Below, one piece after another: positions 29,913 through 40,028 of a DNA stretch of 64,000 bases. Under the pieces are notes generated by a model. The model worked only from the letters and a program-made list of their open reading frames with translations, was not told the origin of the DNA and ran no database searches. A program made the translations under genes and the position numbers. The stretch spans positions 5,696,001 through 5,760,000 of the forward strand of contig OY762069.1 of NCBI GenBank assembly GCA_963665095.1, given 5' to 3'. The DNA is from an uncultured Desulfobacter sp. (GTDB lineage Bacteria; Desulfobacterota; Desulfobacteria; Desulfobacterales; Desulfobacteraceae). Positions within the stretch are counted from its first letter, which is position 1. Every line of letters starts with the position of its first letter.

Positions 29913-30778
29913 ACTATACGGATATCGACTGGAATAAGGCATGGGCCACAGAAACCGAGTTGTGGAACCAGTCTGCAGGGAAACCCTGCCAGGGATTCTG
30001 GGAGGATAAACAATCCGCCGAGGTCTTTGCAAAAAAAGATATTGAGCAGCACAGAGACAGACTGGAAAAGACCCTGGCCCATCTGACCATCACGCCGGAT
30101 ACAAAGGTGCTGGATATCGGGGCTGGCCCCGGCAACCTGGCCATTCCCATGGCCAAAAAAGCGGCATGGGTCACAGCTTTAGAGCCATCCCCCGGCATGA
30201 ACGAGGTTATGGCGGACCAGATTGCCGAGCACTGCGTTACCAACATCACCCAGATCCGGGCGGCCTGGGAGGATGTTCCAATGGAGGACCTTGTCCCGCC
30301 CTATAACCTGGTGGTGGCGTCTCTGTGTCTTGGCATGCCCGACCTTGCCGGGGCCATTGAAAAGATGAATCAGGTGTGCTGCGGCGAAGTGGCCCTTTTC
30401 TGGCATGCGGGCATCCCGGAATGGGAGAATATGCCACGGGCCCTGTGGCCGGATATTTTGGGCCGGCCCTATCACGGCGGCCCAAAATCAGACATTATTT
30501 TCCAGCTCCTTTATCAGATGGGCATTTACCCGCAGGTCAGTGTCTTTTCCAACTCCTTTTGCGAAATTTTTGATTCCATGGAAACGGCTGTGGGCTTTTA
30601 TGCCCGCAGATTCCAGATTCTTGCCCCGGAGCATGCGCCCATTGTGGAAGCCTATCTTGACCAGCACTGCAAACGGGATGAGCGGGGCCTGGTTCACCAG
30701 TTCACCCATCACATCATGAAACTGTCCTGGCAGCCCGTTGAGCGCTCTGTCACCAGCACCAGAGGAGATAAACCATGA
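29909..30778 (+). CDS. Class I SAM-dependent methyltransferase
   Basis: VLDIGAGPG, LEPS; translationally coupled. Confidence 0.85.
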   Translation: MNYTDIDWNKAWATETELWNQSAGKPCQGFWEDKQSAEVFAKKDIEQHRDRLEKTLAHLTITPDTKVLDIGAGPGNLAIPMAKKAAWVTALEPSPGMNEVMADQIAEHCVTNITQIRAAWEDVPMEDLVPPYNLVVASLCLGMPDLAGAIEKMNQVCCGEVALFWHAGIPEWENMPRALWPDILGRPYHGGPKSDIIFQLLYQMGIYPQVSVFSNSFCEIFDSMETAVGFYARRFQILAPEHAPIVEAYLDQHCKRDERGLVHQFTHHIMKLSWQPVERSVTSTRGDKP

Positions 30779-32004
30779 CACCATACAGAATAAAGGCCCC
30801 CCTTTTCCAACTACGAAGATGGCGTACAGCTGCGGCAATCCTAATACTGATCTTTACAACCGGAATTCAGGTGCAGGCATCCCAAGAGGAGGCCTTCACC
30901 ATAACAGACTTCCATGGCCGCCGTGTTAAAATTCCAGCCCAAATCAACCGCGTGGTCACCATCAGTGACGGCATGATCGCAGGCGTCATGACCTGCCTGG
31001 GCGAGGCAAAAAAAATTGTGGGGATCGGATCGGCCTGCCTGCCGAAAATCTGGGAGTATGACATTCCTTCTACCATGGGCGCCAGCCATGAATACAGACA
31101 GGGCATGAATCCTGTATTCTTCCTTAATCCATTTTTGGCGGACCTGCCTCTGGTCAGCCAGTTTGGATCCGGAATCAACTTTGAGGCGGTTGCAGGTCTT
31201 AAACCGGACCTGATCATCATACGCACCGGCTCCTGCACCCTCTCCTATTCCGAGGATATTCTGGAAAAAAACATCCGGCTGCTGGCGTCGCTAGGGGCGC
31301 CCTTAGTGGTGCTTCACGGTCCCAATACCTTTGGCAAACCTGACATTGCCACGTTAAGCCGGGAAATTGAACTTTTAGGCAAAGTTTTTCAGAAAGAAAG
31401 ACGGGCCAAAGAGGTGGCGGATTTTCTTTTTCACACGGTCAGCGACATCAGGTCCCGCACCGCAGACATTGCCCCGGAAGCACAGAAGCGGGTATTAATG
31501 TTAGGACTCTCCCCCACGGCAAGGGAAAAAGGCGGGGCCGGCCATGTCAAAGGGGAAAAAACCATTCAGACCTATCTGCTCAATGAATTTGCCCATGCCC
31601 GCAATGCCTACTCCGGAACAGGGGCCTGGAATATTCTCAATGCAGAACAGCTCATCGCCCTGGACCCGGATCTCATTGTCCTTGTGACCGCCTGGGGCTA
31701 CCACCCCCCGGAAGAACTCTATGAAGCCCCCTATTATAAAAATCTGCAGCACCTGCGGGCCGTGAAAAACCGGGCAGTCACCGCGCTGCCCTGGACCCCG
31801 TGCAATTGTGAAAAACGGCTGGAATACCCCATTGATGTCATGGTCATGGCCAAGGCAGTCTATCCGGAAAGGTTTGAGGACATCGAGCTCTGTTCCTGGC
31901 TGACACAATTTTACATAAAGGTTTACGGCGTGGACTCAAAGACGGCTCAGGAACTGGTTGCCTGTCAGTGGATGGACTGGGCCTGCAAAGGAGATAACAA
32001 ATGA
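30775..32004 (+). CDS. Periplasmic substrate-binding protein (helical-backbone metal/cobalamin family), Cys-rich
   Basis: TD..GR.V.IP....RVV, N.E....L.PDL twice, WTPCNC. Confidence 0.85.
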   Translation: MTPYRIKAPLFQLRRWRTAAAILILIFTTGIQVQASQEEAFTITDFHGRRVKIPAQINRVVTISDGMIAGVMTCLGEAKKIVGIGSACLPKIWEYDIPSTMGASHEYRQGMNPVFFLNPFLADLPLVSQFGSGINFEAVAGLKPDLIIIRTGSCTLSYSEDILEKNIRLLASLGAPLVVLHGPNTFGKPDIATLSREIELLGKVFQKERRAKEVADFLFHTVSDIRSRTADIAPEAQKRVLMLGLSPTAREKGGAGHVKGEKTIQTYLLNEFAHARNAYSGTGAWNILNAEQLIALDPDLIVLVTAWGYHPPEELYEAPYYKNLQHLRAVKNRAVTALPWTPCNCEKRLEYPIDVMVMAKAVYPERFEDIELCSWLTQFYIKVYGVDSKTAQELVACQWMDWACKGDNK

Positions 32005-32630
32005 ACGAGTTATACGAACAGCGTAAGGAATTTTTCAACCAACGGGCCGCCGGATGGCTGGACAACCATTATAAAGGGCCTGAAACAGGCAATTATGACC
32101 TGTATGCAGACCGGATAAAAGAGATTGTGGCGGCCCTGGCGCTGAGTGCCCACAGCCGGGTGCTGGATGCCGGCTGCGGATCCGGGGTTCTTGTGCCCTA
32201 TCTTCTCGACCGGTTAGGCCCTGACGGCCGAATCATTGAGATGGATTTTGCCGAAGAGATGATCCGGGAAAACAAAAAACACCATACAGACGACAGAATC
32301 TCCTTTATCTGCTGTGATGCGGCCCGGATGGAGATGAATAAAGCAAGTCTGGATGCCGTGATATGTTTTGCAGCCTTTCCCCACTTCAGTGCCCCTGAGG
32401 AAGGTCTTAAGCGCATGTCCAACGCGTTGAAATCCAAAGGCCGACTGGTCATTGCCCACCTGATGTCATCCAAGGAACTGGCTGACCACCATCACTCCTT
32501 CACCCCGGTCAGCAACGACAGGCTTCCGGAAAAAGAGGTGATAACAGCATGGATCACCGCCTGCGGGCTTCGCATCGACACTTTTGAAGACCGGCCAGGC
32601 CTCTATCTGCTGGCCGCGGTCAAACCCTGA
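32001..32630 (+). CDS. Class I SAM-dependent methyltransferase
   Basis: VLDAGCGSG, FPHF, LVIAH..S, HHH. Confidence 0.85.
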   Translation: MNELYEQRKEFFNQRAAGWLDNHYKGPETGNYDLYADRIKEIVAALALSAHSRVLDAGCGSGVLVPYLLDRLGPDGRIIEMDFAEEMIRENKKHHTDDRISFICCDAARMEMNKASLDAVICFAAFPHFSAPEEGLKRMSNALKSKGRLVIAHLMSSKELADHHHSFTPVSNDRLPEKEVITAWITACGLRIDTFEDRPGLYLLAAVKP

Positions 32631-32661
32631 ATTGCAACCTGAAAAAGGAGAAAGAGAAATT

Positions 32662-34620
32662 ATGACACACCACTATCTTCGTTGTTTTCTGATCTTTGCC
32701 CTGATGTTCCTTATGACGGTTCCGCCATTGGCTTTAGCGGACGAAACCGACAAGGATGTCACGGTGCTTGAAGATCTCACCATTACAGACCGCCCCATTA
32801 TCCAGGGCAACATAACCGACACCTATGGCAGTATGAAAACCGTGATCACCCAGGAACAGCTGGATGACCTCAATGCCCAGGATCTTGAAACCGCGCTTAA
32901 AACCACCCCGGGGGTGAGCATGTCCCGGTACAATCCTGTGGGATCATTTGGCGGTGCAGACGGCGGCGGTGTATTCATCCGCGGCATGGGCTCCAGCCGT
33001 CCCGGCGCGGAGATCAAAACCATGGTGGACGGGGTTCCCATGTTCATGAGTGTCTGGAATCACCCCCTGCTGGACCTGATGTCCATTGACTCCTCCCAGG
33101 CCATTGAGGTGTATAAAAGCCCCCAGCCCCAGTATTTTGGCAATGCCGTGGGCCTGATTAATATTGTACCGAAGCGGATTTCCCAGCCGGGCTTTTTTAC
33201 CTCAGCCCAGGCTGCCATAGGCAGCTATGACACCCACATCATCAAGGCGGAACATGGTGGAAATGTGAATGGGTGGGATTATTACATTGGCGGCGGGTTC
33301 CGTGAATCTGACGGTCACAGGGACCATGCTGACGGTGAACTGAAAAATATCTATGCCCGTATTGGCAGAAAATTCTCCGACCACTGGGATTTCAGCGTTT
33401 TCACCATGGCAAATGACAACTGGGCCAATGATCCGGGCGCTGAAGATGCAGATATCTCAGAACGCCAGGGTACCTATGAAACCCGCGTTTTTATGGGTAC
33501 GGCCACCCTTGCCCATGAGTATGAAACCGCCAAAGGGGAGATTAAACTGTATCGCAGCAGTGGCGAAGGGGACTGGCTGGACCAGCCCACAAGCACCGCC
33601 GGCGTGACCGAGGATCTGTTCAATGATTTCCTTTTTTACGGGGCAAAGGTCAAGGAGACCCTGACCTTTGGCAATGGTCTGTCGCTTCTGGCCGGAGCGG
33701 ACTGGGACTACACGGAAGGGGATTATACCCAGGAATACAGTGACGGGGCCTTTGATGAATGGGACGGGGAGCATTTTGACATTCTGTCTCCCTATGCCGC
33801 GCTCTCCTGGAGAATCGATATGGGCAGTGCTGTCATCACCCCGTCACTGGGAACCCGGTTCTATTCCCACAGCCAGTATGATGATGAATGGGCACCCCAT
33901 GCCGGACTGAAGGCATCCTTCGGACGGTTTGAGGCCCACATGGGATACTCCCGGGGCGTGGTCTATCCCGGACTTGAAGTGGCGGTCATGTGCCAGGATG
34001 TTCTGCCGATTCTTGGGGACTCCTGGAAGGATCTGGACCCTGAAACCGTGGATCATTACGAGGTTGGCGTTTCCGTCTCCCCCACCCGGCAGACCCTGCT
34101 GGACCTGGTTTTCTTCTATGAGGACGGGAAAAACCGGTATGTGATTGTGCCCTATGCCAGTGGCGTCATGCCCCATTATGACAACGTGGAAGAGTTTACC
34201 ATCAGAGGCCTTGAAGCCACTGCCACCTGGCAGCCAGTTTCAGACTTCTCCCTGTTTGCCGGTGTGACCCTGCTGGATCCGGACCCCGGGGATCTTCCCT
34301 ATGCACCTGAAACCACGGTAACCGCCGGGGCAAACTATAAATTCCTTGAACGGTTCAAATTCAATTTAAACGCCTCCTATGTATCATCCATGCATGTCAG
34401 CGCCCAGATCCGTAAAAAAGGGGATGACAACAGCACCACTGTGGACAGTTTCTTTCTTGTAAATGCAAAGCTCACCTATGACCTGCCTGTAAAAGGTGCT
34501 GATTACAAGGTCAAGCTGTTCCTGGCCGGTGAAAACTTAACGGATGAAGATTATGAATACCAGTCCGGATATCCCATGCCGGGCATCAACTGCATGGCAG
34601 GCATCCAGTTTTCCATGTAA
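32662..34620 (+). CDS. TonB-dependent outer-membrane receptor
   Basis: Signal peptide, plug (L...PGV, IRG, VDGVP, IEV.K), NLTDEDY, C-terminal aromatic residue. Confidence 0.9.
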   Translation: MTHHYLRCFLIFALMFLMTVPPLALADETDKDVTVLEDLTITDRPIIQGNITDTYGSMKTVITQEQLDDLNAQDLETALKTTPGVSMSRYNPVGSFGGADGGGVFIRGMGSSRPGAEIKTMVDGVPMFMSVWNHPLLDLMSIDSSQAIEVYKSPQPQYFGNAVGLINIVPKRISQPGFFTSAQAAIGSYDTHIIKAEHGGNVNGWDYYIGGGFRESDGHRDHADGELKNIYARIGRKFSDHWDFSVFTMANDNWANDPGAEDADISERQGTYETRVFMGTATLAHEYETAKGEIKLYRSSGEGDWLDQPTSTAGVTEDLFNDFLFYGAKVKETLTFGNGLSLLAGADWDYTEGDYTQEYSDGAFDEWDGEHFDILSPYAALSWRIDMGSAVITPSLGTRFYSHSQYDDEWAPHAGLKASFGRFEAHMGYSRGVVYPGLEVAVMCQDVLPILGDSWKDLDPETVDHYEVGVSVSPTRQTLLDLVFFYEDGKNRYVIVPYASGVMPHYDNVEEFTIRGLEATATWQPVSDFSLFAGVTLLDPDPGDLPYAPETTVTAGANYKFLERFKFNLNASYVSSMHVSAQIRKKGDDNSTTVDSFFLVNAKLTYDLPVKGADYKVKLFLAGENLTDEDYEYQSGYPMPGINCMAGIQFSM

Positions 34621-34661
34621 CCGCCCCAGACATTCAGACCTGATGCATTTTTAAACCCGTT

Positions 34662-34703
34662 GCCCCGTTCCCGTAGCCGGCCGCTGTTGGAACGGGGCCT
34701 TTT
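34662..34703 (+). terminator. Rho-independent terminator
   Basis: GCCCCGTTCC/GGAACGGGGC followed by CTTTT. Confidence 0.65.
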
Positions 34704-34935
34704 GAGGCATGCTGGATATGAAAATAACATTAATCTCCTTTATAAACTCAGCCCAATCCTTCCCGGACTGAAACGCGTTATGAGATTTAAGCAGATTAAA
34801 TTCATCTATTAAAATTTTTATGGGGTCACGGTAAATTTGTTCTAATAAGCATTGCAGTGTGCGTGGCTATTTCTGCTCAATTTTAGATAGTCGAAGACGG
34901 CCCTTATATTCAAAAGCAGTTGCCGCATTTTCTGA

Positions 34936-35817
34936 ACCTGGATCCGTGAGACAGTTGATGCACTTCGCCCAAGCATAGCGAGTATGTCCAGCACCTGCCC
35001 GTTTGATCCGTCAATTTGTGGCGCAACTTCGTGCGTAACACACCAGTTCAGTAAAGTTCGCCAGCGGTCACGCAACGGCACAGCTGCCGGTGAAAAAGAG
35101 ACATTCTCGCGCCGCCTGTATGTCCACATTTATTATTCCCCCGACAATGAAGCCAAGAAAGAGCTCGCCTTTCGCAAGGATTTGATAGACCTAAAGAAGC
35201 TGATTGAAGAGAACACAACAGAATTTACGGAATCAGCGCAAAGAAAAATAGACAAGTACCTGACAAGTTTCAGAAAGGGGGCGTGGGGGACAGTTGAAGG
35301 TTGGGTTCAACGATGAGGCCATTGCCGAAGCAAAGACATATTTTGGCTATTTCGCCCTTGTCAGCAATCAGGCTATGGACACATTTACAGCGCTTGAAAA
35401 CCACCGGCTGCGTGAAAAAATTGAAGAACTTTTTGCCGTGCAAAAGGGGAGATTCGACGGCGCTCGGCCGCGCACATGGTATCCTGACACTTTGCATGGG
35501 AGACAATTTACACAATTTATCTCTCTGGGTTATCATTGTTTTTTGACAAAAAAATAAAGGAAATACAATCCAGGCTGAGGGAAAAAGAATCCGGGAAAAC
35601 CCAATCACTTATCAAACTCGAAAAAAAGCTGGAGAACTGGATTACACAACGTTCGCTTTCTCAGATTTTGAATTGGTTTGACGGTATCGAAACCACAAAG
35701 ATACAGACTGCCATGGGAAATTATCGATGGTCCACCGAATCAGTAGCCAGAGATAAACTGTTTTTGAAGTATCTGGGGGTACGCCCCGAATAGTGTACGC
35801 TTTATACGACTTTCAGG
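34936..35817 (+). mobile_element. IS1634-like transposase remnant (5'-truncated, frameshifted)
   Basis: Three overlapping ORF fragments with LYVHIYY, GYFALVSN, R.REKIEE.F...K, G..F..FI; probable right end CGACTTTCAGG. Confidence 0.7.
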
Positions 35818-35892
35818 ATATCATTCAGATAGCAATGCCGCAGGTTGACAAGACCCTGAATCATATTATCTTCCGGGGTTTATTATAATCTA

Positions 35893-37110
35893 TTGGGAGA
35901 TGCTCATTTGGCCACACAGAAATACCTAAACGATAAAACAATGCTCATGCTGCTGGCACTGATCAGTGCCTTTGTGCCGCTTTCCACTGATCTTTACCTG
36001 CCGGCCCTGCCGGGAATGGTAAAAAGTTTTGCAACCACGGAAGCGCATTTAAACTCAACATTAACGTTGTTTTTTATTTTTTATGCCGCAGGTATTCTGT
36101 TCTGGGGGCCCATGACCGATAAATTCGGGCGAAAACCCATACTGACAACTGGCCTGATTATTTATACCCTTTCCAGTGCCGGATGCGCCATGTCCGGCAG
36201 TATCAGCACGCTCATTGTTTTCAGGATCTGCCAGGCGGTGGGCGGCGGTGCATCAACCGCTGTGTCAACGGCTGTGGTCAAGGACTACTACTCCGGCGAA
36301 AAAAGGGAAAAAGCCCTGGCCCTGATCATGACCATGGTGACAGTGGCACCGGTGGTGGCGCCATTGATCGGCGGGTTTTTGCTTCGTTTTTTTTCCTGGC
36401 ATGCGGCGTTCTGGGTTCTTACAGGATTTGGCACCGCAGCCCTGGCGTTCTCCACGCTTTTAGGCGAAACCCTGGCCCCGGAACACCGTTCCCGGGGAAG
36501 TGTTCCGTCAGCCCTGCTGCGGTTGATTGTGGTGATGAAGAATCCGGGGTTCTGTATCCTGTTTTTTCTTTTTTCCACCCTTACCATGCCGATGATGGGC
36601 TTTATCGGGTCGGCCTCCTATGTCTATATCCAGAAGTTCGGATTGAGCGAGCAGACGTTTTCCTACTTTTTTACCTTTAACGCCCTGTGCGCCACGTCTG
36701 CCCCCTTGTTCAGCATTCATGCCTCCCGGCGTTTCGGTAATTTTCCCGTCATCATGGCCTGTTATCTCTACATATGTATCACCGGCATTCTGGTGCTGTT
36801 TGTGGGCGGTCTTTCACCGGTGCTGTTTGCCCTGCTCATTGCCCCTGTGACATTTTTTCTCATGCTTGTCAGGCCCCTGGGGGTCAACCTCATGCTGGAT
36901 CAGCAGGAGCGGGATACCGGTTCCGCTTCGGCCCTGATTAACTCCGGCGGCATGATCATGGGCAGCCTGGGCATGGCCCTGGTGTCAACGGAGCTGTCAA
37001 AAATGATGCCGACCCTGGCGTATATTCAGATTTTTGTGGGACTTGCGGGCGGATTGGTCTGGCTGGCCAGCCGCAACAGGGACTTTCTCCACCCTGGGAA
37101 TAAGAGATAA
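35893..37110 (+). CDS. Bcr/CflA-family MFS efflux transporter
   Basis: PLSTDLYLPALP, GPMTDKFGRKP, AP..APLIGG; 12-TM pattern; start uncertain. Confidence 0.9.
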   Translation: MGDAHLATQKYLNDKTMLMLLALISAFVPLSTDLYLPALPGMVKSFATTEAHLNSTLTLFFIFYAAGILFWGPMTDKFGRKPILTTGLIIYTLSSAGCAMSGSISTLIVFRICQAVGGGASTAVSTAVVKDYYSGEKREKALALIMTMVTVAPVVAPLIGGFLLRFFSWHAAFWVLTGFGTAALAFSTLLGETLAPEHRSRGSVPSALLRLIVVMKNPGFCILFFLFSTLTMPMMGFIGSASYVYIQKFGLSEQTFSYFFTFNALCATSAPLFSIHASRRFGNFPVIMACYLYICITGILVLFVGGLSPVLFALLIAPVTFFLMLVRPLGVNLMLDQQERDTGSASALINSGGMIMGSLGMALVSTELSKMMPTLAYIQIFVGLAGGLVWLASRNRDFLHPGNKR

Positions 37111-37170
37111 AACGGGTAAAAGATATTACATAAAAAATGTATACTTTCAGAAAACTTTAATAGAATAGGG

Positions 37171-37296
37171 GTGTTTGGACGCAAAGTTGCCCAGATGCAA
37201 GGCGCAAGCAAAACTTAAACCGGAGCGTACTTCAGTACGTGAGGATTTAAGATTTGTGCAGCAACGCCGCAGGTGGGTGACTTTGCGTCCAAACAC
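37171..37296 (+). repeat. ~125 bp inverted-repeat element, copy 2
   Basis: Perfect 17-bp TIR GTGTTTGGACGCAAAGT/ACTTTGCGTCCAAACAC; lies between convergent genes. Confidence 0.9.
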
Positions 37297-37297
37297 G

Positions 37298-39109
37298 TTA
37301 GAAGACCATCCAGGTGCCCTGGATGGTTGTCCCATGCCCGGGACTTGAAATAATATCCAGACTGCCGTTGCACAGTTCCGCTCTCTCCCGCATGGAGTCA
37401 AGCCCCAGGCCCCGGTTCAACTCCCGTGAAGAGAGTACTTCCTCCAGGTCAAACCCAATCCCGTTGTCCTTGATTTCCAGTACCAGGCGGTCCTCCTTTT
37501 TTTCAAGGGCTAAAAAGATATGGTTCCCTTCACAGTATTTGGCGGCATTGTTGAAGGCTTCCTGAATGATCCTGAAAACAGCCGGTTTCAGCTGGTCCAT
37601 GATCATTTCCTCTGTGACCGTTACCCGGGTTTCCAGGGTGATGTGATTGTAAATGGAGCGAAACTCCCGGCAGAACCAGGTGATGGTGGCAATGATGCCT
37701 AACTCGTCCAGGATGCGCGGCCGCAATTCCACCTGCATGCGCCGGACATCGGCAATGCTGTCTTTGATAATGCTGGAGGCTGTCCGGATGGCCTCTTTAA
37801 TATCCACCCGGGGATTGTCCAGGTTTAAAAGGATGCTGTCCACACTGAATTTCACAGCAGTGAGGGACTGGCCGATGCCGTCATGGAGCTCCACGGCCAG
37901 CTGCTTGCGTTCCTCTTCCTGGGTGAGGATCAGTTTTGATGACAGATGCTGCAGCCTGGCTTCGGATGCCTGTAACGCCCTGGATATCTGTCCCTGGATT
38001 GTGTGCGCCCTGACCAGGCGCAGGTTCTGGTATGCCATTTCAGAAATCAGGTTGGCAAATAGAAACAGGGAGTGGCAGATTCGGTGAAAATGCAGATAGG
38101 ATATGACCGGCACCTGGTGGTAGGCTTCCATGAAGACATCCGGGTCCGCCCCAATCTCCAGTGCATACCCGACCAGTTTTTTTTCGTCCACCTTGTCGGA
38201 AAGCCGGACCTGCCCGATCATCCAGTTTGCCACGTGCTTGTCACCAATGATGATACTGGTTCCGCAGTCCCACAGTCCGGCACTCAGGCAGGGCCTGAGG
38301 GTGGGGCCGTTGGGGTTGGGTTTGCCGATGAAGGCATCGGACTGGATGCAGTTGGCCAGGCCCTTGGGGGTTTTTCGGATAACTTTGCTGCACAGGGTGC
38401 AGAAATTTCTTGCCCGTGTGATGGGACGGCCGTCAGGCATGGTGATGATGGAGCCCACATTGGTGATTTTGGTAAAGGCTTTCTGGATGTTTTCCAGCTC
38501 GTTAATGGTGAAAAGATCGGTGAACGTGACGTCCTGATTATCAAGTTCCTGGTCTTCCATGCGGCGGGACCGGGAAAATTCACGGTTGGCTCTTTTTTTT
38601 ATGTCAGCCAGGCTTTTGTTAATGGATTTGTCAACAATGGTGGTGGATTCCGGATAGGAGATACTGGCCTCTTTCATGTTCATCTTTTTTTTCAGAAACA
38701 CGAGCTTCGTATCTTTATCTTCCTGCAGTGTGGAAAAGGAGATGACCCGGTTGGGGCCCAGCCGGAAGACGGTGATGTTGAACAAACCGACAAATACGCC
38801 GTTTGTATGATAGTAAACCCCGTTGTAGGTCCATTTCTTCCCGGTTTTGATGATCTGTTTGTAGCGGAAGGGCACCACTGATTCGGCAATATTGGGAAAG
38901 GCTTTTTCCAGGAGCTGGCCTTCCAGGGGGGCGTGGGTCATTTTGAAAATATGGTCGGCCGCCGGATTGGCCTTGACAAAAATCAGCCGGTTGTCCGGTG
39001 TCAGATCAAAAATCCTGCATGCAATGGGCAGTTGATCCACAAACACCATAAATTGTTCGGCAGAGGTGTTTTCCAGAAGCGAGTGCATCATATTTGTGTC
39101 TTTGACCAT
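37298..39109 (-). CDS. Soluble sensor histidine kinase: PAS + PocR sensor + HisKA_3 + HATPase
   Basis: NFC.LC...IR....G..NC..SD, C.SAGLWD....I......A.W..GQ (PocR); ELHDGIGQ, LRP..LD.LG, QEA.NN, DNG.GF. Confidence 0.9.
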   Translation of the reverse strand: MVKDTNMMHSLLENTSAEQFMVFVDQLPIACRIFDLTPDNRLIFVKANPAADHIFKMTHAPLEGQLLEKAFPNIAESVVPFRYKQIIKTGKKWTYNGVYYHTNGVFVGLFNITVFRLGPNRVISFSTLQEDKDTKLVFLKKKMNMKEASISYPESTTIVDKSINKSLADIKKRANREFSRSRRMEDQELDNQDVTFTDLFTINELENIQKAFTKITNVGSIITMPDGRPITRARNFCTLCSKVIRKTPKGLANCIQSDAFIGKPNPNGPTLRPCLSAGLWDCGTSIIIGDKHVANWMIGQVRLSDKVDEKKLVGYALEIGADPDVFMEAYHQVPVISYLHFHRICHSLFLFANLISEMAYQNLRLVRAHTIQGQISRALQASEARLQHLSSKLILTQEEERKQLAVELHDGIGQSLTAVKFSVDSILLNLDNPRVDIKEAIRTASSIIKDSIADVRRMQVELRPRILDELGIIATITWFCREFRSIYNHITLETRVTVTEEMIMDQLKPAVFRIIQEAFNNAAKYCEGNHIFLALEKKEDRLVLEIKDNGIGFDLEEVLSSRELNRGLGLDSMRERAELCNGSLDIISSPGHGTTIQGTWMVF

Positions 39110-39132
39110 TCAGGCTCAGGCAAAAAGAATTA

Positions 39133-39792
39133 TCATGCGTTAAGGATAATTCCGTTCTTAAGGGCAAAATCCCTGACTTCCCTTGCGCTGTGAAGATCAA
39201 GTTTGCGCATAAAGTTGGTGCGGTGTTTGTCCACGGTTTTGGGTGAAATAAAAAGCAGGTCTGCAATTTTCTGGTTGGTGCCGCCTTCCGCCACCAGCTG
39301 GAATACCTCTTTTTCCCTCTGGGTGAGACAGCCTAAGGGATCTGACACGGTGCCGGCTTCGGGGTTGATGACCGTGTCAATGAGTTGGCCGGAGAGTTCG
39401 GAACTTAGATAGGCTTTTCCGTTCATAATGGCCTTTATGGCCATAAACAGCTCCTGGGGTTCATCTCCTTTAAGCAGGTAGCCGTCTGCGCCCTCCTTGA
39501 GGGTGGGGATCAGGTAGTCCTGGGAGGCGTGCATGGTAATCACCAGAATTTTGACCCGGCTGCTCTCTTTTTTCAGCTGCCGCATGGTGGCAAGTCCGTT
39601 CATCTTGGGCATGGAGAGATCAAGCAGAATCAGGTCCGGGTTATACTCTCTGTTCAACTGCAGTGCTTCAAGACCGTTTTCAGCCTCTGCCACCACCTCA
39701 AAATCAGGTTGGGATATGATTAAGGACTTCATCCCTTTTCGTACCAGAGCGTGATCCTCAGCAATCAGTATTCTTATCGGTTCTTTGACCAT
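39133..39792 (-). CDS. NarL/LuxR-family response regulator
   Basis: AEDH, LLDLSMP, LTQRE.EV..L.A.G..N..IA..L.IS.KTV..H. Confidence 0.93.
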   Translation of the reverse strand: MVKEPIRILIAEDHALVRKGMKSLIISQPDFEVVAEAENGLEALQLNREYNPDLILLDLSMPKMNGLATMRQLKKESSRVKILVITMHASQDYLIPTLKEGADGYLLKGDEPQELFMAIKAIMNGKAYLSSELSGQLIDTVINPEAGTVSDPLGCLTQREKEVFQLVAEGGTNQKIADLLFISPKTVDKHRTNFMRKLDLHSAREVRDFALKNGIILNA

Positions 39793-40001
39793 GGCCGGTA
39801 TCCATAATTGTTATTTTTTGTAAAATTTTTTATTATTTTTATGGCGGGTTTTACAATTGCCAGATTCGGGTAACCTCCTAATCATTCACAAAAATTATCT
39901 TAATTTTTAGTAAAAGTATACCCCTGATCGTCATTCGTATAAATCAGACGATCTACACCCCAGAAAATTTCGTAAGCCACCCCATAATCTATCTGGCAGA
40001 C

Positions 40002-40017
40002 ATGGGGAACTCCCCAT
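40002..40017. promoter_or_regulatory. 7-2-7 inverted repeat, candidate site for the NarL-type regulator
   Basis: ATGGGGA-AC-TCCCCAT; related half-sites at 39919, 39956 and 39978. Confidence 0.5.
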
Positions 40018-40028
40018 TGAAAATAGAG

